The notes under the pieces were generated by a model. It worked only from the letters and a program-made list of their open reading frames with translations, was not told the origin of the DNA and did not search any database. Positions 37,998-51,119 of a stretch of 64,000 nt of DNA are shown one piece after another. The DNA is from Mobula hypostoma (Eukaryota), in NCBI RefSeq assembly GCF_963921235.1, contig NC_086107.1, forward strand, positions 109,432,001 through 109,496,000, read 5' to 3'. The translations under genes and the position numbers were made by a program. The first letter of the stretch is position 1. Each line of letters starts with the position of its first letter.

Positions 37998-38063
37998 CTT
38001 TTATGCTTCAGGTCTTGCGGCGATGTCCTGTGACGATCTCCCAGCTGTTGTGTGTGTGTGTCT

Positions 38064-38095
<32 letters not shown>

Positions 38096-38520
38096 CTCTC
38101 TCTCTCTCTTTCTTTCTCTTTTATATTGCCGACCAGCCTGGTCCCCAAGGAGGAAGCGCAGTTCTGCGGGACGCTGATAAATTCTGACACAGACTCCCAG
38201 CCGGTGCGCTCGTCGCCACACGGCTGCCATTGGCTCTCCCACTTCGACACCCACCTCCTCCCCCGTCCCGCAGCTTCCCCGTCCCTTCCCCGCCTCTCCA
38301 AGGGGCACTCTGACAACACGAGGCATTTCTCACGGGGAGGACGGGTTAAAACGAGGGAACAATCGGCGCGGCGTTCTGAGAGTGTGGCGTTTGCATTCGG
38401 AATCCGGTGACAAAGACCGCACGAAGTGCGAACAGCTGATTGGTTTCCACTTCAGCGACTTGCTGGCCGGGAACGAGAGACGCATCCGCGCCACTCCCAG
38501 GGTGCCAGTACACGAATTAT
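37998..38520 (-). promoter_or_regulatory. CpG island with a candidate non-coding first exon (possible GPR146-like promoter)
   Basis: Non-repeat CpG-rich block. CCAAT on minus near 38438-38443. Minus-strand donor AAG|GTACGG at 37998/37997. Confidence 0.45.
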
Positions 38521-40297
38521 TTTTAACATACGCACATTATAGCGTGTTCCTTCTCTCGCACGTTCATATAGAACCATCAAGTATAGAGATCATCGGAATC
38601 AGATTTATTATCACGAATCGATATAACGTGAAATGCGTCCTGCAGCATCAAGACAGCGTAAAGTTTCTACTATTTGCAAATATAGCGCAAAACAAAAGGG
38701 ACAACTCCGTGGAATCTGATGGCAGAGCGGGTTAAAAAGCCGTTTCTGAATCCATTGAGTGTGTGTGCCTGCAGGCTCCGGTACCCCCTTCCTGATGGTA
38801 GGAATGAGAAGAGGGCACGTCCCGGGCGGCGAGGGTCCATAGTGATGGATGCTGCTTCGCTGAGGCACCGCCTCTTGTAAGTGTCCTTGATGGTGGGGAG
38901 GGTTGTGCCCGTGGTGAAAGCTGGCGGAGTTTACAACCCTCCACAGCCTCCTGTGATCCCGTGCGTTGGCACTTCAGTGCCCGGCGGTGATGCCTACAGC
39001 CGGACCGCTCTCCGCCGTACATCGGCAGCAATTTTGTACAAACCTTTTGGAGACTTCATCAGAGAAAGGTTTTACCGTCTCTTTGATCGGAATCAGATTC
39101 AGGTTTATTAACACTGACAAATGTTGTGAATTTTATTGTTTAATAGCAGTACAGAACAATAAATAAGAAAGTATATGATTTACAATAAGAATACATTAAT
39201 CCCTTGATAGTTTACAACCTCGGCAGGTTTTCCGTCCCTCCGTACCCGGCGCTTGTACAACCGGCCAGAAGGCTCTCCCGGTACAAATGTAGGAATTTGC
39301 TCCAGACTTTGGTGGCATGCCCAATCTTCTCAAACTCTCAGTGAAATCTAGCTGCCATGCCTTCCGTGATGGAGATGGCTGAGTTTTTACAGTGCTCCGC
39401 GATCCCGCACATTGGCCCCCTCCGTACCAGACGGCGGTGCCACTGGTTCGAATGCTCTCCCGGTGAAATCTGCAGAAATTCGCTAGAGCATTGGCGGTTC
39501 TTCATGAAATCTAGCTGCCATGCCTGCTTTGTAATTGGATCAATACGCTGGACCCAGGGTAGATCTTCAGAGACCCAGGAACCTGAAGCTGCTCACCTTG
39601 AAGATGACTGATGTACGTTCTCGCGATTTCCCCCTTTATCTCCACCTCCAGAGCCCTTCACAGATTTTACTCCCTGAGAACTGACAGCCCCTCCCCGGAT
39701 GACCAGTGAGCCTGGCCACTGTAAAGCGGTAGTCATGTCTGTTAAACCCGATAAAGTTTTCTGAATCGCTACCAACTTGCACATCTTTGGGATGTGCGAG
39801 GAATCCGGAACGCGCGGGGGAATTCCACGCAGTCACAGGGGTGGGGGGGGGGGGGGGGTGGAACGTGCAAACTCCACGCAGACGGGAGGATCGAACCCGG
39901 GTCCCTGGAGTTGTGAGGTGTTGGCTCCACCGGTTGAATCAGAACAGGTTTAATATCACCGACTTGTCATGAAATCTGTTATTTTGCGGAAGAAGTCATT
40001 GCAATACATAGAATATATTATGAATCTCAAGTGATGCTCTGTCTTAATTTGGAGAAGATTAACTTTTGAACTTATGTTTGATTTTGAGAAAGGATGGGGT
40101 TCATTTGCTCGTTATTATCATTTGGGTTAATTGATAGATTTCCTCCACGATCTAACTGTAAATTTTTGGTACATTTTTTTTCTTGCTGGCGGTTTGATGC
40201 TTATCATTAGAAGCTTTTTTGTATGACGCATGGCTCCGGGGTTGAACACCTAATGCGTTTTTTTTCTCACTTTTCCTTGCTCAGTAGGGTTTTTTTT

Positions 40298-40660
40298 CAA
40301 GCAACACATAAAAGTTGCTGGTGAACGCAGCAGGCCAGGCAGCATCTCTAGGAAGAGGTGCAGTCGACGTTTCAGGCCGAGACCCTTCATCAGGACTAAC
40401 TGAAGGAAGGGCTAGTAAGAGATTTGAAAGTGGGAGGGGGAGGGGAGATCCAAAATGATAGGAGAAGACAGGAGGGGGAGGGATGGAGCCAAGAGCTGGA
40501 CAATCTGTTACTAGCCCTTCTTTCAGTTAGTCCTGACGAAGGATCTCGGCCTGAAACGTCGACTGTACCTCTTCCTAGAGATGCTGCCTGGCCTGCTGCG
40601 TTCACCAGCAACTTTTATGTGTGTTGCTTGAAATTCCAGCATCTGCAGATTTCCTTGTGT
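40298..40660. mobile_element. Fold-back Penelope pLTR mini-element with two hammerhead motifs (- 40362-40397; + 40529-40564)
   Basis: Arms of about 128 bp (40297-40424 and 40502-40631). Flanked by TAGGG(T)8C at 40285 and TAGGG(T)10C at 40661. Confidence 0.9.
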
Positions 40661-40789
40661 TAGGGTTTTTTTTTTCTCTTTTTTTGTCACCAAAATTTTT
40701 TCAATCTTTAAAACAATGTTTTTTTCTTGAGACATTTTAAGTGTTGCCTACTTCGATATACTCTTGTTAATTTTGGATAATAATAATAG

Positions 40790-41110
40790 TAAAGTAAAGT
40801 AAAGGTATCCACAGTCTTGTGAGACCATGGATCTGCACCTGAAAAGTCTTCACTCTCCAGGGCGCAGGCCTGGGCAAGGTTGTATGGAAGACTGGCAGTT
40901 GCCCATGCTGCAAGTCTCCCCTCTCCACGCCACCGATGTTGTCCAAGGGAAGGGCATTAGGACCCATACAGCTTGGCACCGGTGTCGTCGCAGAGCAATG
41001 TGTGGTTAAGTGCCTTGCTCAAGGACACAACACGTTGCTTTGGCTGGGGCTCAAACTCACGACCTTCAGGTCGCTAGTCCAATGCCTTAACCACTTGGCC
41101 ACGTGCTCAC
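40790..41110 (-). mobile_element. tRNA-derived SINE with (ACTTT)n tail
   Basis: Head gcacgtggccaagtggttaaggc..gtgagtttgagcccc and central gtgtccttgagcaaggcacttaacc. Flanking duplication ggataataataata. Confidence 0.8.
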
Positions 41111-43144
41111 AGGATAATAATAATAATAAAAAGATTTGAAAAGAAAGAATATACTATGAATCACAATTATATATATATATAAAATAAATAAGTAGTGCAA
41201 AAAGAGAGAGAAAATAGTGAGGTAGTGTACATGGGTTCATTGTTCTTTTAGAAATCTGATGGCGGAGAGGAAGAAGCTGTTACTAAAACATTGAGTGTTT
41301 GCCTTCAGGCTCCTGTGCCTCCTCCCTGACGGTAACAATGGAAAACAGCATGCACTGGGTGATGGGCGTCCTCAATAATGGATGCTGACTTTTTGAGGCA
41401 TCACCTGTTGAAGATGTTCTCAGTGGTGAGAAGGGTTGTGCCTGTGATGGAACTGTACTTAAAGCAGTCTGGACTGCTCTGTGTCCTGCTCTTCTGCAAG
41501 GATCGTCACCTTGTCGTGGTGGAGCGGGCTGAGAGATTCTGAGATCCCCAGAGCAGTACTGTCTGGGGTTTAGCCTTCGGGTGCTTAGTTCGTGGCGGGG
41601 TCTCCAGTGTCGGTAACGAGCAATCCAACCACAACGTCGGTGGTGGAGCTGGTGGAAGATGATGGCACATCATGGTGGCAGTGAAGATGGAGCGAGATTG
41701 AAGCAGTGAAGAGTTCCCAGATGTCTTGCATTCCATGTCACTAGACTCTGACTCTGATCTGTCAAGGTCTATTTATTTGTTTGTTTGTTTATTTATTGAG
41801 TTACAGCATAAAACAGGTTATTTCAGCCCTTCGAGTCTCACCACCCAGCAACCCCCAGTTTAACCCTAGCTTAATCATGGGACAATTTAAAATTAACCTG
41901 CCAACCAGTACATCTTTGGACTGTGGGAGGAAACTGGAGCCCCCAGAGGAAACCCACGCAGTCACAGGCAGAACATACAGACTCCTTACAGACAGCGGCA
42001 GGAAATGGACCCGGGTCGCTGATACTCTAAGACGTGGCTCTAACCACTACACTACCATAACCATGTGGGGTGGCTGCACGTGCATCAACCACCCCGCGTT
42101 AAGCAAAGTCACGCACAGGCACTCTCCATTGAGGAAATCCACCCTAACATCCTGGAGACAACACATCATACTCAACTCTAGTGATTGTATTGAATGATTG
42201 ATATTCTGCTACAGGTGAGTTTTGTTCACATGAATCAGAATCAGGCTTAATATCATTGGCATATGCCCTGAAATTTGTTAGCAGCAGCAGTACAACACAA
42301 TACATAATAATAGAAAAAATGTGAATAATCTCCATTATAACCGCATCAGAAATTCATAACAGTCTCCCCCACACTCTTTAGACTCTGGTCTCCAATGGGG
42401 AAAATCTATAATCACAAAATATCTTTCCTACTTGAAAGGTTAAAGACACTCGGCAGATCAGGCAGAGAGAGACAAATACAGTTAATATTTCAGTCTTGGA
42501 CCATTCATTGCAAATGGGGACGGGAGTAAGAAAGTTAACTTTAGACTGCAGAGCTGGTGGGAGAAGAATGGGGAGAACAAAGGGAATTATTCAAGGTTGT
42601 TTTTTATGTCATTCTTCAGTACATGAGTTAAAAAGAAAATGAAATGGTTGTTACTCTGAATCCAATGCAACTTAAAAAAACACAAAGTTCAAAGATTATT
42701 AAGTACATTTGTTATCAAAGTACGCATGCAGAATACAACCCTGAGAATCATCTTCCCACAGACAGTCACAAAGCAACGAAGCACTGTGGAACCCGATCAC
42801 AGAAAATGTTGAACACCCAAGGTGCAAAAAAAAGAACAAATCATGCAAACAGTAAAATCACTAGTGAAGAACACACAGAATATAAATCATCAAACCACAG
42901 TCCAGGAATGTTTCAATTCAGTTTAATTTAGCGTTGCATTGTTCGTTGACTGTGGACTGCAGAGCCAGTCCACCCCGATCAAAATCATACAAAATAGCAA
43001 TAAAAAAAGGAGTAACCAGAAACTAGAAACACATCAAAACATGGACTGCAGAGAAAAGCATAAAAACTCATTTAAAAAGCAAAGAAACACAATAAATATA
43101 AATATAGAAACAAACCCATAAAAAACTGTACACGTTACTGTTAT

Positions 43145-43590
43145 ATACAGTCAGCGACACACCTGTATGATATCTAATCCACCAATCATGAGGCAGCAAC
43201 TCGATGCATGAGAGCATGCAGACATGGTCAAGAGGTTCATTTGTTGTTCAGACCAAACATCAGAATGGGGAAGAAATGTGAACTAAGTGACTTTGACCAT
43301 GGAATGGTTGTTGGTGCTAGATGGGGTGGTTTGAGTATCTCAAACAAAAACCATCCAGTGAGTGGTAGTTATGTGGGCAAAATTGTCTTGTTAATGAAAG
43401 AGGTTAGTGGAGAATGGCCTTACTGGTTATAATGACAGGAAGGTAAGGGTAACTCAATAACCATGTGTTACAACAGTGGTGTGCAGAAGAGCTTCTGAGA
43501 ATGCACAACATGTCTAACTTTGAAGTGAATGAGTCAGAGCAGCAGAAAATCACAAACACACACTCGGTGGCCACTTTATTAGGTACAGGA
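43145..43590 (+). mobile_element. Tc1-like DNA transposon fragment
   Basis: MGKKCELSDFDHGMVVGARWGGLSIS (transposase N-terminus) and a TIR-like ggtggccactttattaggtaca. Confidence 0.7.
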
Positions 43591-43734
43591 GATACATAAG
43601 ATGAGGCTCATGGTGCTAGGTGAGTTGCACTCTGTGTAGTGTTGTGGGTGGTGGTGGAGTAGGTTAATGCTAGAAACAAGATGATGCTTTCTTTTTCTTT
43701 TATTCTTGCTTACTTTTTCAATTCTGTTGAAAAA

Positions 43735-44345
43735 AAAGCTTGTGTTTCCCCCAGACATTGTGGGCTACAACACTCCAGCCAGACATGGTCCTGTGGTCCA
43801 CAACAGCCATATGTTGTGGAATTGACAGTACCATGGGAAGATGGTGTCGAAGAAGCTTATGAGAGGAAAAAGACCAAGGACTCTGAACTGGCAACTGAAG
43901 CTGCCCAGAATGGCTAGAAGACCAAGATTTTCCCTGTAGAAGAGGGATGCAGGGGATTCGTTGCTACATCTACGACCAGTCTATTGAAGAAGGTGGGGGT
44001 GAGGGGTCACTCCCTCCAAAAAGCAATCAAGTCCTTGTCAAACGCAGAAGAAGAAAGCAGCAACTGGATTTGGGATGAAAGGAAAGACAACAACTGGGCT
44101 GCAAGTGGGGTATGGAACTGAGGGGGTTGTATCTGGGACGTCAGGTAGCACCGTTGAGCCCTCTGGAGACGTTGTGGGCTTATCAACGAAACGTCAAAGA
44201 AGGAGGGTGCCCACCTGATGACCCCGATGACGTACCTACCCTCCCTCCTTGTCACCACTCCAAACCCACTGCCAACATCGAGAGTGCCGATTTACCATAG
44301 GGATTGAAACATCAAGTCCTAGTAGCTCTATATTAACAGCACATT
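43735..44345 (+). mobile_element. HERO-type RLE non-LTR retrotransposon 3' end
   Basis: TTLQPDMVLWSTT..YVVELTVPWEDGVEEAYERKK..FPVE.GCRGFVATST, a PD-(D/E)xK-type endonuclease with stops and frameshifts. Confidence 0.8.
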
Positions 44346-46690
44346 AAACAGGCAATTAAGTATCTTTGAAAGGGTGTAATTTATGTGGTGATTAAAAAAC
44401 AGTTCAAGCTTAAACTTAATTGAAAGAAAGCATTCTACTGTTTCTAGCGTTGGACAACTTCCTTTAACTTCCCTCAACGCCGCTCACAAAGGTGTCACCG
44501 CTTTCAGAGGAGCTCAGATTTGACAGGCTGCATTGTCAGCGACTTCATCCACACGCGGGTCGATACACGTCACGTAGAGCTCGGTTTGAAACTATTACAG
44601 AGCCAAGGCAAGTCGTTCAGAGCACTGACTGACACATGAACCGCCTCCGGGTTCCCAGAGCTTAATTTGCAGCTCCTCCTGACAGATCGACGTTATCCTG
44701 TAAATGTTGAACATCGCCGTACAATTTCTTACTTTCCACGGTGTTGTAAAGATATGCGTGTGTTCCTGGATTTATTTCAGTTATAAGCGTAGTTTTCTTG
44801 AACTCCAGCAAAAGCAATGTTTTGTGTAGACGAATTCTCACTCATCACGTCAATGTTGATTGCGCTGAAAATTACTGAGCTTAAAGAACATAGCACATTA
44901 CAGGCCCTTCAGCCCACAATGTTGTTCTGCCCTTTTAACCTACTCAAAGATTAATCTAACCCTTCACCTCCTTTTCCTCCATTTTCTATCATCCATGTGC
45001 CTTAGAGTCTCTTAAATGTCCCCAATGTACCTGCCTTTACCATCACCCGGCAAAGCATTCCAAGCACCCACCAATCTCTCTGTGCAAAAGACTTACCTCT
45101 GACAACCCTCCTATATTTTCCTCCAATCACCTTAAAATTACGTCCCCTTATATTATCTATTTCTGCCCTGGGGAAAAAATCTCTAATTATCCACTCAGTC
45201 TACACCTCTTATCTAGCTTGCTCAACTAATCCTCATAAGGCATGTTCTCCAATCCGGGCCTCATCCTGGTTAATCACCTCTGCACCCTCTTGAAAGCTTC
45301 CACACCCTTTCTATAATGAGGCGACTAGAACTAAACACAATATTCCAAGTGTGGTCTAACTTCAGTTTTCTCGAGCTGCAATTTTACCTCACAACCAGAG
45401 TTTCGTAGAGCTGCAATCAACGTTCCCTCTAATTTTCTTACAGCTGAATGGACCAAGCATTGCCCTGAGCAGGAAATTTTTACATGGCCTGAAAACTGCA
45501 TGGCACTTTAAATGTTTTTTTTGTAATATGCACATCAAACAAACACAACCCACAACTCACAACACAAGTAAACAATGTCAGTCAGTCAAAACAACTGACA
45601 GACACAATAGCAAAATTAGAATGTTTTGACTAGATGGCGCCGGCGTTCAGTGAAGATTTTGGAGATTTGGCGCAAGCCCATGAACGACTCCATTTCTCGC
45701 CGATCTAGCTGATTAGAGCGGAGAGCAAGACTGAAATCAACGAGGATGAGAGCGAAAGGCAAACGGATGTTCAGCGGCATCTGCCTACGCTTGACCAGTC
45801 TCGCTCTCTCCCTCTCACTGGCTGCTACCGGAGGAAGGTGTCAGAATCTGACCAGTCTTTTTCTGTCTCTCGCTCACTGCTCCAGGAGGAAGGTGGCCGG
45901 GGTCTTGGTTTAATTGACATGGTTTGTGAATTGGACTCTACAGTTTATATTATGATATGTTTCTGGTTTCTGCTAGCTCCTTTTTTTATTGCTCTTCTGA
46001 GCAATTTTGGTCGGAGCAGACTGGCTCTGTGGCCTGCAGGCAATGAACAACACAGTGCTAAACTGAACTGAACTGAACTAAACTTAATGAATATTCTTGC
46101 ACTGTTTCAGCAGTTTGATATTTAATAATCTGTGTTTTTCACTTACTTTTTTGACATTTGTGCAATTTGTTCTTTTTTTGAGCATTGAGTTTGATGTTTT
46201 CATTGAAGGGGTTCCATAATGCTTCTTTGTTTCGTGGCTGTCGATGGGAAGACAAATCTCAGAGTTGTATACTGCATACCTGTGCATACTTTGATAATAA
46301 ATGTGCTTTGAATCACTGTATATGCATGCCCCTTCATTCTAACTGTATGTGGTATCAGGACATGGGCAGCTGTTGACGTACACACCATACATTTTGTTTC
46401 TTATGCTCTCTCCAATTACATCATGCTTGCATTTATATTATGGACATATAGTGCATGAGTCAAGACATCGTGTATTTAGTTATTTATTTCTTGGGATACA
46501 GTGCGGGATTGGCCATTCTGACCTTTCAAGCTACACTGCTCTGCAAACCCACAGCCCTGATTAATACTAGCCTAACCATGGGGCAATTTACAAATAACTA
46601 ATTAACCTACCTGGTACACCTTTGGACTGTGGGAGGAAACTGGAGCACCCGGGGAAAACCCACACATTCCACAGGGAGGACGTACAGAGA

Positions 46691-47490
46691 CGTAAAGTAG
46701 CAAGAACAGGAAGGCAGATTACTATCTGAATGGTGTCAAGTTAGGAAAAGGGGAAGTACAATGAGATCTAGGTGTCCTTGTTCATCAGTCACTGAAAGTA
46801 AGCATACAGGTACAGCAGGCTGTGAAGAAAGCTAATGGTATGCTGGCCTTCATAACAAGGGGAATTGAGTATAGGAGCAAAGAGGTCCTTCTGCAGTTGT
46901 CCAGAGTCTGGTGAGACCACACTTGGAGTATTGTATACAGTTTTGGTCTCCAAATTTGAGGAAGGTTATTCTAGCTATTGAGGGAGTGCAGCGTAGGTTC
47001 ACGAGGTTAATTCCCAGGATGGCAGGACTGTCATATGTTGAAAGATTAGAGCGACTGGAGTTGTATACACTGGAATTTAGAAGGATGAGAGAAGATCTGG
47101 TTGAAACATCTAAGATCAGTAAGGGATTGGACACGCTAGAGGCAGGAAACATGTTCCCGATGTTGGGGGAGTCCAGAACCAGAGGCCACAGTTTAAGAAT
47201 AAGAGGTAGACAATTTAGAACGGAGTTGAAGAAAAGCTTTTTCACACAGAGGGTTGTAGTTCTGTGGAATGCTCCGCCTCAGAAGGCAGTGGAGGCCAAT
47301 TCTCTGGATTCTTTCAAGAAAGAGTTAGATAGAGCTCTTAAAGATAGCGGAGTGAAGGGATATGGGGAGAAGGCAAGAAAAGGGTACTGATTGTGGATGA
47401 TCAGCCATGATCACAGTGAATGGTGGTGCTGGCTCAAAGGGCTGAATGGCCTACTCCTGCACCTAATGTCTATTGTCTATTGTTTATTGA
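46691..47490 (+). mobile_element. CR1 3' fragment inserted in a V-SINE
   Basis: RPHLEYCIQFWSP..GVQRRFTRLIP and a (TCTATTG)n tail. Confidence 0.9.
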
Positions 47491-49564
47491 CTCCTTATAT
47501 AGGACAACGGGATTGAAATCTGAACTCCAACTCCCCAAGCTGTTATAGAGTCATGCTAACCACTACACTATCATGGTACCTAATGTTGCCGTGCATAAAT
47601 AGTTATGGAATCCTCCCTGACAGTTCCAGTTGCCTGCATTAGGCCTATAGTCAGGAGCAGGATCTTAGGAAGAACCAGCAGGGAACTGGGATCTGTTCAG
47701 AGTTGTTTTGAAACATGTTGACTTTACTGGGATCTGCTGGGAGTTGTGTTGGAACACATTGGCTTTACTGGGATCTGCTGGGAGTTGTGTTGGAACACAT
47801 TGGCTTTACACCACCTTTTTTTGGTTTAGGGGAAATAGTCATCAATTGGGAGATTAGAGTGGAGTCCAAGGTGGGGGACATTGGCTAACTGGTGATTGGC
47901 TCTGGATTAAGGGCAATAAGGGAAGTAGCAAGGGGACTTTGATTCACTGCTCTCAATCTGGTGAAGCTTGAGGAAGATCATGCTCCAAATATTGGTCACA
48001 GCCAGGACAATGAGGCCCACAGCCAGCAATACTCTACATGTAGTATATGTCTGAAGACGATCTGACCGAGCACAATTTGTTGTGTATTTAATATTTCAGT
48101 AATGTTTGAGTAATATGGTAAATATTTTGGTTGAGTAAGCATTCTTGTTCATTTAAGTAATTCATTATGGGTTATATAAGAAAATACATGAATTGCATAT
48201 GTCATCACACTGCCACGTGATGCATGCGTGTCTCGCTTAAAGTAAAAAATGAAGTTAGACTCATATTTCAGACTCCTGTGTCTTACTTTCAATTAGTTTA
48301 ATGTTTTGAAGTTACAAAATACTTGACAGTGGCCATGAGGTTTTTTTTTTATTAACCCAAGATGTTCCATTTTGTTTGAAAGCACAACGAGGAATGCCAA
48401 GTGAAAAAGCAGTGCACTGCAGCACATGCGGAGACAGTCGAGTTAAAAAATAAGGCAGTAAAAATAAACGGAACAATTCACAGGTTCATAAAGAGTGAGT
48501 ACAGGTGATAATAATCATTTAAAAAAGCAGAAATAGCCGGCTACATCAGAAAGATAGACGTGTTCAATTGCACAACAGATAACTGGCTCATGTACACTGA
48601 ACTAATTGAACAGTATTTTAAAGAAAATGAAATAGCCAATGAGAGCCAAGTACCAATTTTGCTCAGCACATTAGGTTTAAAGGGACACAGTTTGCTTCGA
48701 AGTTTAACTGCTCCAACCAAACCAGCAGAAATTAGGTTTGCTGATATTGTAAAAATAATGCAGGACTTAGAACTGATTCCACAAATTGAGTTTGGACATT
48801 TCAAAGATACTAAACTGAAACCTGCAGATATCCAACTAAGAACTGGGGAAAAGATAACTCCTGTGGGAATGACATCTATAACAGTGAAATACAACAACCA
48901 CAAAGCCACATTGATCCTGTATGTGCCAAAAACAGGAGGACTAGCATTGTTGGGATGTGATTGGTTGAGACGACTACAACATGATCGGCGATCCATCCGC
49001 CACTTGCATGCCACATCCTCTAAAATAAAGTCAATTGAAAGCAAATTAAGAAAGGTACTGGATGATGCCACAACTGTCTCCATGCTGAATACCATGAACC
49101 AATGCCCAACAGAGAGCAAACAGATGTCGGTGCCAACCTCTGTGCCTCTGGTTGGAAAGCATATTGGACCATGGAGGACCATGCTGCTCAGAGAAATCAT
49201 GAAGGTGACAAAATCAGTGATCTGACTACAATAGTTTTTGTAGGCAACGCACCTGAGAAAGCTCCTGATATGTTGCAGTTACCTGCACACTGTGGCTGGG
49301 TTTTAAGCTGGAAGAGAGTTCAAGGACCTCCAGAAAAGGAGCAAGCATTCAGCTTTGTGAGTATAAAGGACCAAACTCTACTCTGCACGCACGAAGATTA
49401 TTGCAAGTGGGAGACCAAAAAAGCTGCCTGTAAATGCAGATGCAAAGACCAAAGCCCAGCTGGACAAATGGAAGACCAAAAGGAAAGGTACGAAAACAGA
49501 TTATGTGAATGAGGAAACCAAGAGAAGAGATCAGATCGTAAAGGGAGCAAAAGAAGGATTCATA

Positions 49565-50050
49565 GCTATACCCAGACTCATATTGATACCATATCTAGAC
49601 CCGCTCATAGCCATCCTTAGAGCAACAAGCTCCCTATCTTCAGCCAATATGTATGAAAAAAATGGCTGTATTGTTTGGAATGGTGATTGCTAAGAAGTTA
49701 ATCCTGCAAATGTGGAAAATGGACTCTGTGCCTACGTACGATCTGTGGCTGAGAGAGCTGGCAAGTACTTTACATTTGGAGAGACTGAGACTATGTAATG
49801 AGGACAGAGGGGACATCTTGGAAAGGATATGGGGCCCTGTATTGGACTTACTCACGGGGTGAGGACTGAGGTTTTTTGATGCAGTGCACCTCTGCTGTGT
49901 ATGTTTACTTTTGCCTTTATATTTTTCTCCCTTTTGCTGCTCAATATTTAATTTGATTTTGTTATGGTTGTGGTTTTTGTGGATGTGCTGTATCTTTTTT
50001 GTGCTTTTTTTTGTTTGTCTGTAACAAATAAAAATAAAAATAAATAATTT
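49565..50050 (+). mobile_element. L1/Tx1-like LINE 3' end with A-rich tail
   Basis: DPLIAIL..AKKLILQMWK..P.YDLWLREL...LERLR..IWGP. 16-bp TSD AAAAGAAGGATTCATA at 49549-49564 and 50051-50066. Confidence 0.85.
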
Positions 50051-51119
50051 AAAAGAAGGATTCATAAGATAATACTCCAGTGAACTAAATGCACCTTCCT
50101 AACATCAAGGTACACATCCTAGAAAGAAGAAGAAGGGAAATAAAAAGAAAGACAAGGTGAAAAGGAGAAGAAAGGTGCCAGAGCTGTCAGAACCACTTAG
50201 ATTAGATTATGAGATCTCAGTCCTCTTTTATTGTCATTTAGAAATGCATACATGCATTAAGAAATGATACAGTGTTTCTCCAGAGTGATATCACGGAAAA
50301 CAAGACAGACCAAAGACTAACACTGACAGAACCACATAATTATAACCTATAGTTACAGCAGTGCAAAGCAATACCGTAATTTGATAAAGAACAGACCATA
50401 GGTACAGTAAAAAAAAAGTCTCAAAGTCCCCGAGTCGATTGACTCCCAAGTCCCCGATAGCAGGTGGCAAAAGGGAGAAACTCCCTGCCATAAACCTCCA
50501 GGCACCGTCAACTTGCTGATACTTTGGAAGCAGCCGACCACAGCCGACCCTGAGTCCATCCATCCAAAAACTCCGAGTTTCCGACCAGCCTCTCCGATAC
50601 AGCCTCCTGAGCGACCTCCTCTGCCGAGCGCCTTCGACCTCGCTCCGGCCGCTGAAACATGCAAAGCCAAGGATTCGGGGCCTTGTGCTCCGGAGATTCC
50701 GGTTACCACACAGTAGCAGCGGCAGCGAAGCGAGCATTTCAGAAGTTTTCCAGATGTTCCGCTGTGTTCTCACATCTGTCTCCATCAAATCAGGATTGTG
50801 CACGGTCCCCTACTTGACAGATAACAGATATTCATCACCGAAGTGGCCGCGCGCTCTGTCGTCGCGTCGCCATCTTCTCCCCCCCTCTTCTCTTCCGCAG
50901 TCTCAGAGTCAATCATACAACCACCATGGTGGAGGCCCCAGAACCTGAGGTTGTTTCACAGCCACAAGCCAAGCAGAGAGATTCCCCACCTTCCTGTCAG
51001 GAAAGACATTATCCCACAAGAATAAGAAATCCTCCACAGCGATTAAATCTTTAGGCCTGAATGGGACAATTTACAATGCTGTGGACGTCTGTGTAGTAGC
51101 TGTTCTGTAGAGCATATTA

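Noticed and set aside
41035..41110. tRNA-like sequence (also the heads of V-SINEs, e.g. 32651-32725)
   Set aside because: It continues into a SINE body and tail with flanking duplication; no complete cloverleaf.
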